The notes under the pieces are model-generated. The model searched no databases and was not told the origin of the DNA. It saw only the letters and a list, made by a program, of their open reading frames with translations. From IMG/VR virus record IMGVR_UViG_3300020442_000208, positions 1 through 25,256 of that record: DNA of 25,256 bases; one strand, 5' to 3'. Source of the stretch: a virus (taxonomy: Duplodnaviria > Caudoviricetes). The position numbers and the translations under genes are program-made. Shown here one piece after another: positions 1 through 7,653 of the stretch (position 1 is its first letter; each line of letters begins with the position of its first letter).

Positions 1-1
1 T

Positions 2-736
2 GGTATACAAGGTATTGCGGGTGCAGAATACTACGCACAACTTGGCGGTATCGCACCAACAGACTTTCTATTAACTGATGGTGTTATTACTGAACAAGAA
101 CGTGTTGCATATATGGATGCACTTTCTGTAGTGCAAGGATCAACATATTATGATGCAGCTGCTCTTGTTGCAGACTATGAAGATGATGCGTGGGAAGACG
201 TTACTAGTGCCTTGAATCAATACGTGGAAGCTACACTTGCGATTGCACAAGTGGTACGAGTAAACGATTTAGCAGAAACTGCTGATGAGTCTGGGGATGT
301 AAAAGATGCACAAAGAGTGCAAGACTATATAAACCAGAACGAGGCAGAAGTTTCATTGACTGCTGAAGAAGTTGAAACATACAACGTTGCACTTGAAGAA
401 GTCGGAGACTACATTCAGGTTGCAGCTGCTTGGTCAGCAATGGCAGGCGATGCCGATATGTTAGCTACTATTGATGAGACTGCAGCTGGTTTTGATTTGT
501 CAGTTGTAGATACAACCTTGGTCTGGGATGCAGCTGGTGGTACAATCACTGCAACTTATAATCAACAAGCAGGTGCAGCTGCTGACAGAATGTTACGACA
601 ATCAACATTCGATATGACAGGTTACTTTAAAACTGTCTCAGAGTTGTTAACTGCTGGTGAAGAGCAAGACTTTTATACAACAAGTCCTACAGGCGATCCT
701 TGTTTTTATGTGCCTAGTGGGATAGATGGATGTTAA
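2..736 (+). CDS. Hypothetical acidic, Ala-rich helical protein (5' partial, possibly exported/structural)
   Basis: Frame is open from base 2 (GIQGIAGAEYYAQLGG...) into the tracked ORF 113..736, so the true start lies upstream of the window. C-terminal Cys pair (PCFYVPSGIDGC). Confidence 0.75.
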   Translation, partial: GIQGIAGAEYYAQLGGIAPTDFLLTDGVITEQERVAYMDALSVVQGSTYYDAAALVADYEDDAWEDVTSALNQYVEATLAIAQVVRVNDLAETADESGDVKDAQRVQDYINQNEAEVSLTAEEVETYNVALEEVGDYIQVAAAWSAMAGDADMLATIDETAAGFDLSVVDTTLVWDAAGGTITATYNQQAGAAADRMLRQSTFDMTGYFKTVSELLTAGEEQDFYTTSPTGDPCFYVPSGIDGC

Positions 737-1217
737 TAAGATGAGTTTAGAAAACACAGAACTAAATATAGGTGGTGTTAAGTTACGAGGAGTGTATATA
801 GCGCTCCTCGTGACAATTATTTCTACCATAAGTGGTGGAATCTGGACTGCTTCTGGATTGTACTCTAGATTAGAGGCACTTGAAGCACAAGAGATTCCTA
901 ATATAGAACCTCTGAAAGAAGATATTTCCTTGTTACAACAACAAGCGATTGAGAATGGAGTTCCTGAATTGCAAGGCAAATTAGCGCAGTTAGGAACTAA
1001 CCTAAATACTATTGTGGATCAACAACAAGAGTTGTTAGGTTTACAAAATCGTATTGTAGAGATGGAAAAGAAAGTAACTGAAATGGAAACATCTGTACAA
1101 AAAGGTGAATTGGTTGTTGAGGACTTAGGTGCTTACAAACAAGACATAGATAGATTGAAACGTGAGGTTGAAGAACTATGGGAAGGAATGGACTATTTAG
1201 CAAACCCTTTGAACTAA
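726..1217 (+). CDS. Membrane-anchored coiled-coil protein
   Basis: One hydrophobic segment (VYIALLVTIISTISGGIW) followed by a long heptad-like Q/E/L-rich region. Start may be 726 or 741. Confidence 0.75.
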   Translation: MDVNKMSLENTELNIGGVKLRGVYIALLVTIISTISGGIWTASGLYSRLEALEAQEIPNIEPLKEDISLLQQQAIENGVPELQGKLAQLGTNLNTIVDQQQELLGLQNRIVEMEKKVTEMETSVQKGELVVEDLGAYKQDIDRLKREVEELWEGMDYLANPLN

Positions 1218-1222
1218 CAAAA

Positions 1223-1315
1223 ATGTGGTTCAAGAAAATCTACTGGAGAATTAAACTCTGGTGGAAGAAGAGGAAAGAGAAACATTTAGAAGATAAATAC
1301 ATTTATGAAGAGTAA
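1223..1315 (+). CDS. Small basic, Trp-rich peptide (30 aa, MWFKKIYWRIKLWWKKRKEKHLEDKYIYEE)
   Basis: Read manually. ATG at 1223, TAA at 1313-1315. Fills the gap between two genes and is below the ORF-track cutoff. Confidence 0.55.
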   Translation: MWFKKIYWRIKLWWKKRKEKHLEDKYIYEE

Positions 1316-1327
1316 GTGAGGTGATAT

Positions 1328-2764
1328 ATGTACTTAGGATGGAGTGAAGGATTTCACGATGCCGCTGTAAGTATTATTGACGAAAAAGGTAATATAGTAT
1401 TTGCAAGCCACTCAGAAAGATTTTCTGGGAAAAAACACGAAAAATTTATTTCAACTGAATGTCAAACATTCATTGAAACCTATTACGGTGATAAAATTAA
1501 ACACCGTGCTTTCTTTGAGAAACCTATCTTGAAGAAAACAAGACAGTTCTACGCTGGTCAATGGAAAACTGTCTTATCCCCTCGAAAGTTGACTTGGAAA
1601 CCAGATTCGTTCTGGCACCATCACAAATCACACGCAGCTGGAGCATTCCAAACTTCAACGTTTGATGAAGCAGCTGCCGTGGTTGTGGACTCAATAGGAG
1701 AGTGGGATTGTACTACCGTTTGGAAATGTTGGTATGATTCTAACGGTAAAGCGCACTACAAGAAAGTCTATAATGAACGATACCCCAACAGTATCGGATT
1801 ATGGTATAGTGCATTGACCGATTATGTTGGACTAAGACCTTTAGATGAGGAGTATATCTTTATGGGTATGGCTGCCTTTGGTAAGGTCAAACACGATCTC
1901 TGTGTGCAATTAGAAGAATTATTGCATTACGGAAACTTGCATCGAGGCATACCCGAAGGATTCTTTGGAGACTCTCATACCAACGAGGACATAGCTGCTT
2001 CTGCACAAGTTGTCCTTGAACGAAAACTATTTAAGGTTTTTGAGATCGCAAGTAAGATAAATGAAAACATAGTATATGGTGGTGGGGTTGCACTTAATTG
2101 TGTAGCGAATGCGAAGTTACAAAAGTCATATCCAACTATGTGGATTATGCCAAACCCAGGCGATGCGGGTGGTTCACTTGGTGCAGCTGCTCTTGCATAC
2201 GGAAAGAAAGTACACTGGGAACACGCATATCTTGGTAGAAGTATCGCACCATCAACCTACGCAAACTTTATTGCGGAAGAAGTAGTAGAAGAACTACTGA
2301 AAAATGGCGTTGTAGGGGTAGCACACGGTAGGTCAGAATTTGGGCCACGTGCATTAGGTAACAGATCGTTACTTGCAGACCCTCGTGGAAAAAACGCAAA
2401 AGATCGTGTAAATGGGATCAAGAGAAGACAGAAGTTTCGTCCCTTTGCGCCCGTAATATTAGAAGAACGTTCTAACGATTACTTTAGTAACTATGGGCCA
2501 AGTCCTTATATGTCGTTTGTATATCGAACATATAAAGATAATGACGTACCCGCAATAGTACATAAGGATGGTACTGCAAGGATACAAACCGTACCTTATA
2601 ACAGTCCATCAATTATACGTGCTATATTGGAAAAGTGGTACGAAGAAACTGGATGTCCTCTTTTGTTAAATACAAGCTTAAACATAAGGGGCGAACCAAT
2701 GGTTGATACTGTATTGGATGCAATCAGGTTCGAAGAATTATATGGAGTCAAAGTCGTATACTAA
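1328..2764 (+). CDS. Carbamoyltransferase (NodU/CmcH/TobZ family)
   Basis: Motifs GFHDAA, SERFS, HHHKSHAA, VDSIGE, GGGVALNCVAN, PGDAGGSLGAA, EFGPRALGNRSLLADP, KRRQKFRPFAP, HKDGTARIQTV, LLNTSLN. SD GAGGTG upstream. Confidence 0.95.
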   Translation: MYLGWSEGFHDAAVSIIDEKGNIVFASHSERFSGKKHEKFISTECQTFIETYYGDKIKHRAFFEKPILKKTRQFYAGQWKTVLSPRKLTWKPDSFWHHHKSHAAGAFQTSTFDEAAAVVVDSIGEWDCTTVWKCWYDSNGKAHYKKVYNERYPNSIGLWYSALTDYVGLRPLDEEYIFMGMAAFGKVKHDLCVQLEELLHYGNLHRGIPEGFFGDSHTNEDIAASAQVVLERKLFKVFEIASKINENIVYGGGVALNCVANAKLQKSYPTMWIMPNPGDAGGSLGAAALAYGKKVHWEHAYLGRSIAPSTYANFIAEEVVEELLKNGVVGVAHGRSEFGPRALGNRSLLADPRGKNAKDRVNGIKRRQKFRPFAPVILEERSNDYFSNYGPSPYMSFVYRTYKDNDVPAIVHKDGTARIQTVPYNSPSIIRAILEKWYEETGCPLLLNTSLNIRGEPMVDTVLDAIRFEELYGVKVVY

Positions 2765-2888
2765 AAAGTTCTTTAAAGAATTTCATAAATTGATGAAATC
2801 TGGAAGACTAAATAAAATAGTAAAACACTCACTAGAAAATGAAAAACATAATAAAAAAGATAGACGAATTCGAGAGAGAGTGGCGTAG
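2742..2888 (+). CDS. Small basic hypothetical protein (MESKSYTKKFFKEFHKLMKSGRLNKIVK...)
   Basis: ATG at 2742 within tracked ORF 2703..2888. Bridges the carbamoyltransferase and desaturase genes, overlapping both. Confidence 0.45.
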   Translation: MESKSYTKKFFKEFHKLMKSGRLNKIVKHSLENEKHNKKDRRIRERVA

Positions 2889-3603
2889 ACACATTCTCGC
2901 TGCTACGCAACCAATTTGTTGGTTAGCGTTTATTCCTATGGTGATGTACGCAACACCTATGGAATGGTTTATTTGTCTTATAATATGGCAATTGATGACA
3001 CTCGGTGGAACTACTGGTTACCATCGAGTGTTTTCTCACGGACACTGGAAAGACTGTCCTGCTTGGGCAAGAAGTATTTTTGCTCTCTTTGGTGCAATCG
3101 GATTTATCGGCCCTGCGATTCCTTTCGCCGCTGTTCATCAAGAACATCACCGATATCACGATACAGAAAAAGACCCGCACTCTGCATACTACAAAGGTCA
3201 CTTCTGGACATACGTGACTCCACAACTTGCACCCTTTAAACGTAGATATCTAGTAGGAGACGGTAAAGATCACTTCCGTAAACTACTGCGTGATCCTATA
3301 CTACAGGTACAGGAAAGATATTACTGGTTCATCATTTTAGGATGGATCGCATTTTTGCTATTGACAACCTTTGATCCGTTTAGTATAATATACGGATTAC
3401 TTGCACCCGCTGGGTTACTCAAACTATTTGCAAATCTATTGTTTGGGTATTCTCATAGGGATCGCAAACCACATAACGATTTTTGGTTGGCAATAGTGAC
3501 ATTAGGTGAAGGATTTCATAAGGAACATCACGATAGACCTTGGGAAGTTCGAAACCATAAATGGGACATCTCAGGAAAAATAATCGAATTATTTTCAAAA
3601 TAA
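2839..3603 (+). CDS. Membrane fatty-acid desaturase (delta-9/DesC-like)
   Basis: Three His boxes (GYHRVFSH, HQEHHRYHD..DPH, GEGFHKEHH), several TM segments and a C-terminal WDISG motif. Confidence 0.92.
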   Translation: MKNIIKKIDEFEREWRRHILAATQPICWLAFIPMVMYATPMEWFICLIIWQLMTLGGTTGYHRVFSHGHWKDCPAWARSIFALFGAIGFIGPAIPFAAVHQEHHRYHDTEKDPHSAYYKGHFWTYVTPQLAPFKRRYLVGDGKDHFRKLLRDPILQVQERYYWFIILGWIAFLLLTTFDPFSIIYGLLAPAGLLKLFANLLFGYSHRDRKPHNDFWLAIVTLGEGFHKEHHDRPWEVRNHKWDISGKIIELFSK

Positions 3604-3606
3604 GTG

Positions 3607-3635
3607 TTGACAAAACCTGCCAGACTTGTTATCAT
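3607..3635 (+). promoter_or_regulatory. Sigma70-type early promoter
   Basis: TTGACA (3607-3612), 17-nt spacer, extended -10 TGtTATCAT (3627-3635). SD GAGAGG precedes ATG 3673. Confidence 0.85.
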
Positions 3636-3672
3636 AGTAACCATAATCGAAATTTAACTAGAGAGGTATATT

Positions 3673-3927
3673 ATGATTACATCAAAATTGAAACAGGAAC
3701 TCCTCAACCTGAACTCTATTTCAGAGTTAAATGAGGCCATCGCATTCGCTAGGGATGCAATCGCAATGAAAGCTAAAGCATCGATTTCTGTCGGTGACAA
3801 GGTTTACGTTGTTCAGAAGACCAAGAAAACTCTTGGTATTGTCGAGAAAGTAAATATCAAGAAGGCGATTGTTAATCTGCCTGAAGGTAGATACAATGTT
3901 CCATTAACTATGTTGGAGGCTGCGTAA
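3673..3927 (+). CDS. Small early protein with C-terminal SH3/KOW-like beta-barrel
   Basis: N-terminal helix, then ISVGDKVYV..GIVEKVNIKKAIV..YNVP pattern. Directly downstream of the early promoter, with an SD. Confidence 0.75.
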   Translation: MITSKLKQELLNLNSISELNEAIAFARDAIAMKAKASISVGDKVYVVQKTKKTLGIVEKVNIKKAIVNLPEGRYNVPLTMLEAA

Positions 3928-4883
3928 TGAGTCACGAAGTAGAGACTATGGCGTATGCTGGTGAAGTTCCTTGGCACGGTCTAGGAACTCCAGTATCAAA
4001 CGACCTAACACCCAATCAAATGATGGTGAAAGCTGGACTTGATTGGTCTGTAAATAAAGTTCCGACCTATGCAAAGGTTGGTGATACTGAAGTAGAAACT
4101 GGTCAGGAGGCACTTATTAGGTCTTCTGATAACAAGGTTCTAACTCAGGTTGGTAAAGGATGGTATCCTGTACAGAACGAAGAAGCATTCGAATTCTTCT
4201 CTGAATACTGTCTAGAAGGTTCTATGGAAATGCATACTGCTGGTTCACTGAAAGGTGGAAAGATGGTATGGGGACTTGCAAAAGTCAAAGGAACTTTCGA
4301 AGCGGTTAAGGGTGATCCAGTAGAACAATTCTTCTTGTTCTCAAACCCACACGAGTATGGTAAAGCAATCGATATTAGGTTCACGCCTATTAGGGTTGTA
4401 TGTAACAATACTCTTTCTATGGCACTTGCAAGTGTGAAGAACACTGGAGTCAGGTTGTCTCATAGACAAATGTTCGATGCCGATATGGTCAAAGAACATA
4501 TGGGTATTGCAGATGAGAAGTTTGCACAATACAAAGAGGTAGCACAATACCTCGCATCTAAGAATTTCACTGCTGATGCATTGATCCAATATTACAATGA
4601 GGTCTTCCCTAGAACCTATCAAGGTAAGGAAGAGGTTATCGTGAAAGGATTTGATGACTTGACTTCTAATGGTCAAAAGGCATATGAGTTCTTGGAAACC
4701 CAGCCTGGCGCTGAGTTCGGTAAAGGAACTTGGTGGCAAGCACTTAACTCTGTGACTTATCTCACTGATCACGAGATGGGTAGAGAAACAGATTCCAGAT
4801 TGGCATCTGCTTGGTTCGGTGCAAACCAAACCAGAAAGATCAAGGCAGTTGAAAAAGCTGTCGAGTACGCTGAAGCGGTCTAA
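3927..4883 (+). CDS. DUF932 family phage/plasmid protein
   Basis: MSHEVETMAYAGEVPWHGLG, YPVQNEEAF, TAGSLKGG, FTPIRVVCNNTL, GTWWQALNSVTYLTDH. Confidence 0.9.
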   Translation: MSHEVETMAYAGEVPWHGLGTPVSNDLTPNQMMVKAGLDWSVNKVPTYAKVGDTEVETGQEALIRSSDNKVLTQVGKGWYPVQNEEAFEFFSEYCLEGSMEMHTAGSLKGGKMVWGLAKVKGTFEAVKGDPVEQFFLFSNPHEYGKAIDIRFTPIRVVCNNTLSMALASVKNTGVRLSHRQMFDADMVKEHMGIADEKFAQYKEVAQYLASKNFTADALIQYYNEVFPRTYQGKEEVIVKGFDDLTSNGQKAYEFLETQPGAEFGKGTWWQALNSVTYLTDHEMGRETDSRLASAWFGANQTRKIKAVEKAVEYAEAV

Positions 4884-4891
4884 GGAGACAT

Positions 4892-5341
4892 ATGAAAATA
4901 TTAATCTTAGGATTGCCAGGCTCAGGTAAAACAACTCTCGCAAGGGAGTTGTCTTACCATTTTTGTATACCGCATTTCAATGCTGATAGTTTACGTGAAG
5001 CATTTGACGATTGGGACTTCTCACCCGAAGGTCGAGAAAGACAATTCCATCGTCAAGCAGGTTGCATACAATCAGCGGGAATGGGTATTTGTGATTTTGT
5101 ATGTCCAAAGAATGATTTTCAAAGGAACTTTCCTTGTGACTATATAATATGGATGGATACAATATCCGAAGGTAGGTTTGAGGATACTAATAAGATGTTT
5201 GAGAAACCTATTGAGTATGATTTGAGGATAAAAGAATGGATCGACTTAAACCAACTACGCAACTCCTTGGACGGTTTCAACCGTGGCACAAAGGGCATAG
5301 CGAGTTATTTAAAAGAGCAATTTCCAAAACTGGTCAAGTAG
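4892..5341 (+). CDS. Adenylylsulfate (APS) kinase-like P-loop kinase
   Basis: Walker A GLPGSGKTT, NADSLR, DWDFSPEGRERQ, CDFVCP, FEKP (compact CysC-like pattern). SD AAGGAG. Confidence 0.8.
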   Translation: MKILILGLPGSGKTTLARELSYHFCIPHFNADSLREAFDDWDFSPEGRERQFHRQAGCIQSAGMGICDFVCPKNDFQRNFPCDYIIWMDTISEGRFEDTNKMFEKPIEYDLRIKEWIDLNQLRNSLDGFNRGTKGIASYLKEQFPKLVK

Positions 5342-5592
5342 TAATACTTCTCAGGGAAATGGAACAGGATGAAAAAAATCCTTATACCTTTGATGAGAGG
5401 AAAGCGGAGATAATCCGTGGACTCGCAGAAGAGGGTTTTGAACATACGGTAGACTATGAAATTATGAGTGTACCTAATATTACTCACATCACATATGGAC
5501 GTGATGTTGGTTACGCAATCGAACAAGAAACTCTGGGTGAGGAGATTGAATCGATTAGTGCAACTAAGATACGAAAGGAACGTGGAATCTAA
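5236..5592 (+). CDS. Small HIGH-superfamily nucleotidyltransferase (cytidyltransferase-like)
   Basis: LGRFQPWHKGH (HxGH motif), NPYTFDER, C-terminal ISATKIR. Overlaps the kinase gene by 106 nt. Confidence 0.85.
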   Translation: MDRLKPTTQLLGRFQPWHKGHSELFKRAISKTGQVVILLREMEQDEKNPYTFDERKAEIIRGLAEEGFEHTVDYEIMSVPNITHITYGRDVGYAIEQETLGEEIESISATKIRKERGI

Positions 5593-5773
5593 GAAGAAGA
5601 GTTTGTACAAAACTATATCTTGGAGAATTATTGCGAGTTGCGTTACTGCTCTAATCGCACTCGCATTCGGACTACCGCAGAAGGCAGTCGGTTTCGTTTT
5701 CCTAACTGATCTAGTAATCAAGTTTATTTTATATTATTATCACGAAAGAGCGTGGACAAAGTATGACAGGTAA
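5582..5773 (+). CDS. DUF2061-like small membrane protein
   Basis: GTG start at 5582 (SD AAGGA). ESKKKSLYKTISWRIIA...ILYYYHERAW is the typical DUF2061 pattern. Confidence 0.8.
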   Translation: MESKKKSLYKTISWRIIASCVTALIALAFGLPQKAVGFVFLTDLVIKFILYYYHERAWTKYDR

Positions 5774-6437
5774 TTTAGAAAATCATCCATCTACAAAGTG
5801 GAAGATGCAATTCGAACCATTAGTTCCTACAGGGTACTTTTTTGGTAGAATTGAGGATGACGTAATATCAGACAAAACGTATGATAAATGTATTGCTTGG
5901 GTTGAAAAGAATAAAGACAATCCGCAACAACTCAGTGTCGCTGACAACATATTTGATTCGAAATACGAGGATATTATAATTCCAGATACCGTACAGTGTT
6001 TTCAAGATGTCATTATACACATCGATGATATAATATTAGAATTTACGAACAACCAGTTGGAACTTGAAGGTATATGGGCTCAACATATGGAAACAGGTTC
6101 TTCAACTGCTTTACACGCTCACGTGTCACCGTTTGACGGTGCGAACCAACACGATTTGTCCTTTGTATTTTATTTACAAGCAGACGAATCTCACGGTGAG
6201 ATTAAGTTTCCGTTAAATATTGACGGAGTTTCTTATACAAAAACTTTCTTCCCTAACAGAGGCGGATTAATTGTTTTTCCCTCACATTGTCCACACTTTG
6301 TGATTCGAAACAAATCTAAAACACCAAGGGTTGTTATATCTGGTAATTACAGGAAGAAAGGGTGTAGAGAAAGAGCTAAACTCTTTTTCGAACATCAAGA
6401 AAAATTAAAGGAGATTGAAAATGGCGCATCTAGTTAA
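5763..6437 (+). CDS. 2OG-Fe(II) oxygenase superfamily protein (TIGR02466-like)
   Basis: IWAQ..HAH (HxH), LSFVFYL, GGLIVFPSHCPH, RVVISGN. Confidence 0.85.
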   Translation: MTGNLENHPSTKWKMQFEPLVPTGYFFGRIEDDVISDKTYDKCIAWVEKNKDNPQQLSVADNIFDSKYEDIIIPDTVQCFQDVIIHIDDIILEFTNNQLELEGIWAQHMETGSSTALHAHVSPFDGANQHDLSFVFYLQADESHGEIKFPLNIDGVSYTKTFFPNRGGLIVFPSHCPHFVIRNKSKTPRVVISGNYRKKGCRERAKLFFEHQEKLKEIENGASS

Positions 6438-6711
6438 AATTTATAGTAAAGACGCCTGTCCTTATTGTGTTATGGCAGAATCTAAAGCAGCCCAGTTAAA
6501 AGAGTCTGGGGACATCAAAGACTACGTAGTCTACAAACTAAACAAAGACTTTGGTCTGGATGAACTACTTGAACTGAGACCAGACGCAAGGACTTTTCCA
6601 CAGATATTTTTAGACGATCACGCTATCGGTGGATGGGATGACTGGCAAACTCATCTGAAGATGATTGAAGATTTGCCGAAGTCTGACGACTTTATGACTT
6701 CTTATGACTAA
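6421..6711 (+). CDS. Glutaredoxin
   Basis: CPYC active site, RTFPQIF cis-Pro motif, IGG. SD AAGGAG before ATG 6421. Confidence 0.92.
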   Translation: MAHLVKIYSKDACPYCVMAESKAAQLKESGDIKDYVVYKLNKDFGLDELLELRPDARTFPQIFLDDHAIGGWDDWQTHLKMIEDLPKSDDFMTSYD

Positions 6712-6714
6712 ATA
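6707..6714 (+). promoter_or_regulatory. Putative late promoter variant (ACTAAATA)
   Basis: TAAATA core at a gene end, immediately before the 6720 stem-loop. Confidence 0.45.
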
Positions 6715-6719
6715 GTTTT

Positions 6720-6772
6720 GTGAGGAGTGACCCCCCGACCTCTCTTTTTCTAATAGGGGGGCACTCACTCAC
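6720..6772. repeat. GC-rich interrupted inverted repeat / stem-loop (possible ncRNA, leader or terminator)
   Basis: GTGAG-GAGTG-a-CCCCCC pairs with GGGGGG-CACTC-a-CTCAC, enclosing a 19-nt pyrimidine-rich loop. Confidence 0.75.
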
Positions 6773-6831
6773 GCCATATAGGAATATAATAAAAGAATTT
6801 AATTCATAGGTTAGGGTCGATATATAACCAT

Positions 6832-7011
6832 ATGTACATCGTTAAGTGTTCACGCACTAAAAGGATTCTATCATCAACACCCCTCAGTACAAGAGAGGAG
6901 GCGCTAAAAATTACCAATCAGATACAAAAGAGTCTCATTCGAGACGTTTCACCGACAATCGAGAAAATTTCTTGGGGAAATATTAAAAGTTCTTATTATT
7001 CAGATACTTAG
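6832..7011 (+). CDS. Small hypothetical protein (59 aa, MYIVKCSRTKRILSSTPLSTREEALKI...)
   Basis: Read manually. ATG 6832 to TAG 7009-7011, just under the ORF-track cutoff. No clear SD. Confidence 0.5.
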   Translation: MYIVKCSRTKRILSSTPLSTREEALKITNQIQKSLIRDVSPTIEKISWGNIKSSYYSDT

Positions 7012-7026
7012 TATTAAAATGAGCGC

Positions 7027-7055
7027 TTGACATTTCTTGCCAGAGATGTTAGCTT
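7027..7055 (+). promoter_or_regulatory. Sigma70-type early promoter
   Basis: TTGACA (7027-7032), 17-nt spacer, extended -10 TGtTAGCTT. Shares the TGCCAGA spacer motif with the 3607 promoter. Confidence 0.75.
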
Positions 7056-7084
7056 ATACTAGTACAAATGAGAGAGTAATGGTT

Positions 7085-7501
7085 ATGGGATATATTGAAG
7101 TCACTGGTGGTGTCAAACATCAACGGGAGATCGCAGAGCAAACCGTTGTTGCTATGATGCGAAAACTTCTTCCCCGAATCAGACGGATTGAGATCGAGGT
7201 TAAGATCAAAAAGAATCTGGAGAAAGTTCACGGTGGTATGGCATTCTGCCTCGAAGTCGAACCTCGCAAGTTCGAGATCGAGGTTGAGAAAGACCTTGGA
7301 TTGCGTGACTTCGTGACTGCGATATGTCACGAGATGGTTCACGTAAAACAAGGAGTAAGAGGTGAACTCACCAATAAGTTGGGTTTCCAGTATTGGAAAG
7401 GTCGCAAGTGCGAGAAAGACTATTGGGAGCAACCTTGGGAAAAGGAGGCATATCGCCTTCAAGACAAACTGGGTCAATACGTATGGGAGAACATTCTATG
7501 A
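7085..7501 (+). CDS. HExxH zinc metallopeptidase-like protein (SprT-like)
   Basis: AICHEMVHVKQ and YWEQPWEKEAY. The tracked start 7037 lies inside the promoter, so ATG 7085 (or 7079) is more plausible. Confidence 0.8.
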   Translation: MGYIEVTGGVKHQREIAEQTVVAMMRKLLPRIRRIEIEVKIKKNLEKVHGGMAFCLEVEPRKFEIEVEKDLGLRDFVTAICHEMVHVKQGVRGELTNKLGFQYWKGRKCEKDYWEQPWEKEAYRLQDKLGQYVWENIL

Positions 7502-7653
7502 CCGTAACCGAACTAGAGGTTGAGATTGCGTGGGCGCTTCGAGACCTTACTAATGCGGAACAAAATGACAATCCGCAAATGGTTCGTAACTTGGAAAGTC
7601 GCATTTCTAAGTTGCGTAAAGAACTTGAGGAAGCTAAAGAACAAGGAGAGTAA
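7498..7653 (+). CDS. Small coiled-coil hypothetical protein (51 aa)
   Basis: ATGA start/stop coupling at 7498-7501. MTVTELEVEIAWALRDL... Confidence 0.7.
   Translation: MTVTELEVEIAWALRDLTNAEQNDNPQMVRNLESRISKLRKELEEAKEQGE

Noticed and set aside
2916-3239. Several overlapping ORFs within the desaturase gene
   Set aside because: No start context or motifs; chance open frames.
4341-4943. 200-aa minus-strand ORF
   Set aside because: Antisense shadow of DUF932; no motifs, and every credible gene in the window is on the + strand.
6998-7011. IHF-like site (ATTCAGATACTTA) upstream of the 7027 promoter
   Set aside because: Two mismatches to WATCAAN4TTR and a single occurrence in AT-rich DNA; not supportable.
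7037-7084. Tracked TTG start of the HExxH gene
   Set aside because: Lies within the promoter spacer, so it cannot be on that transcript.
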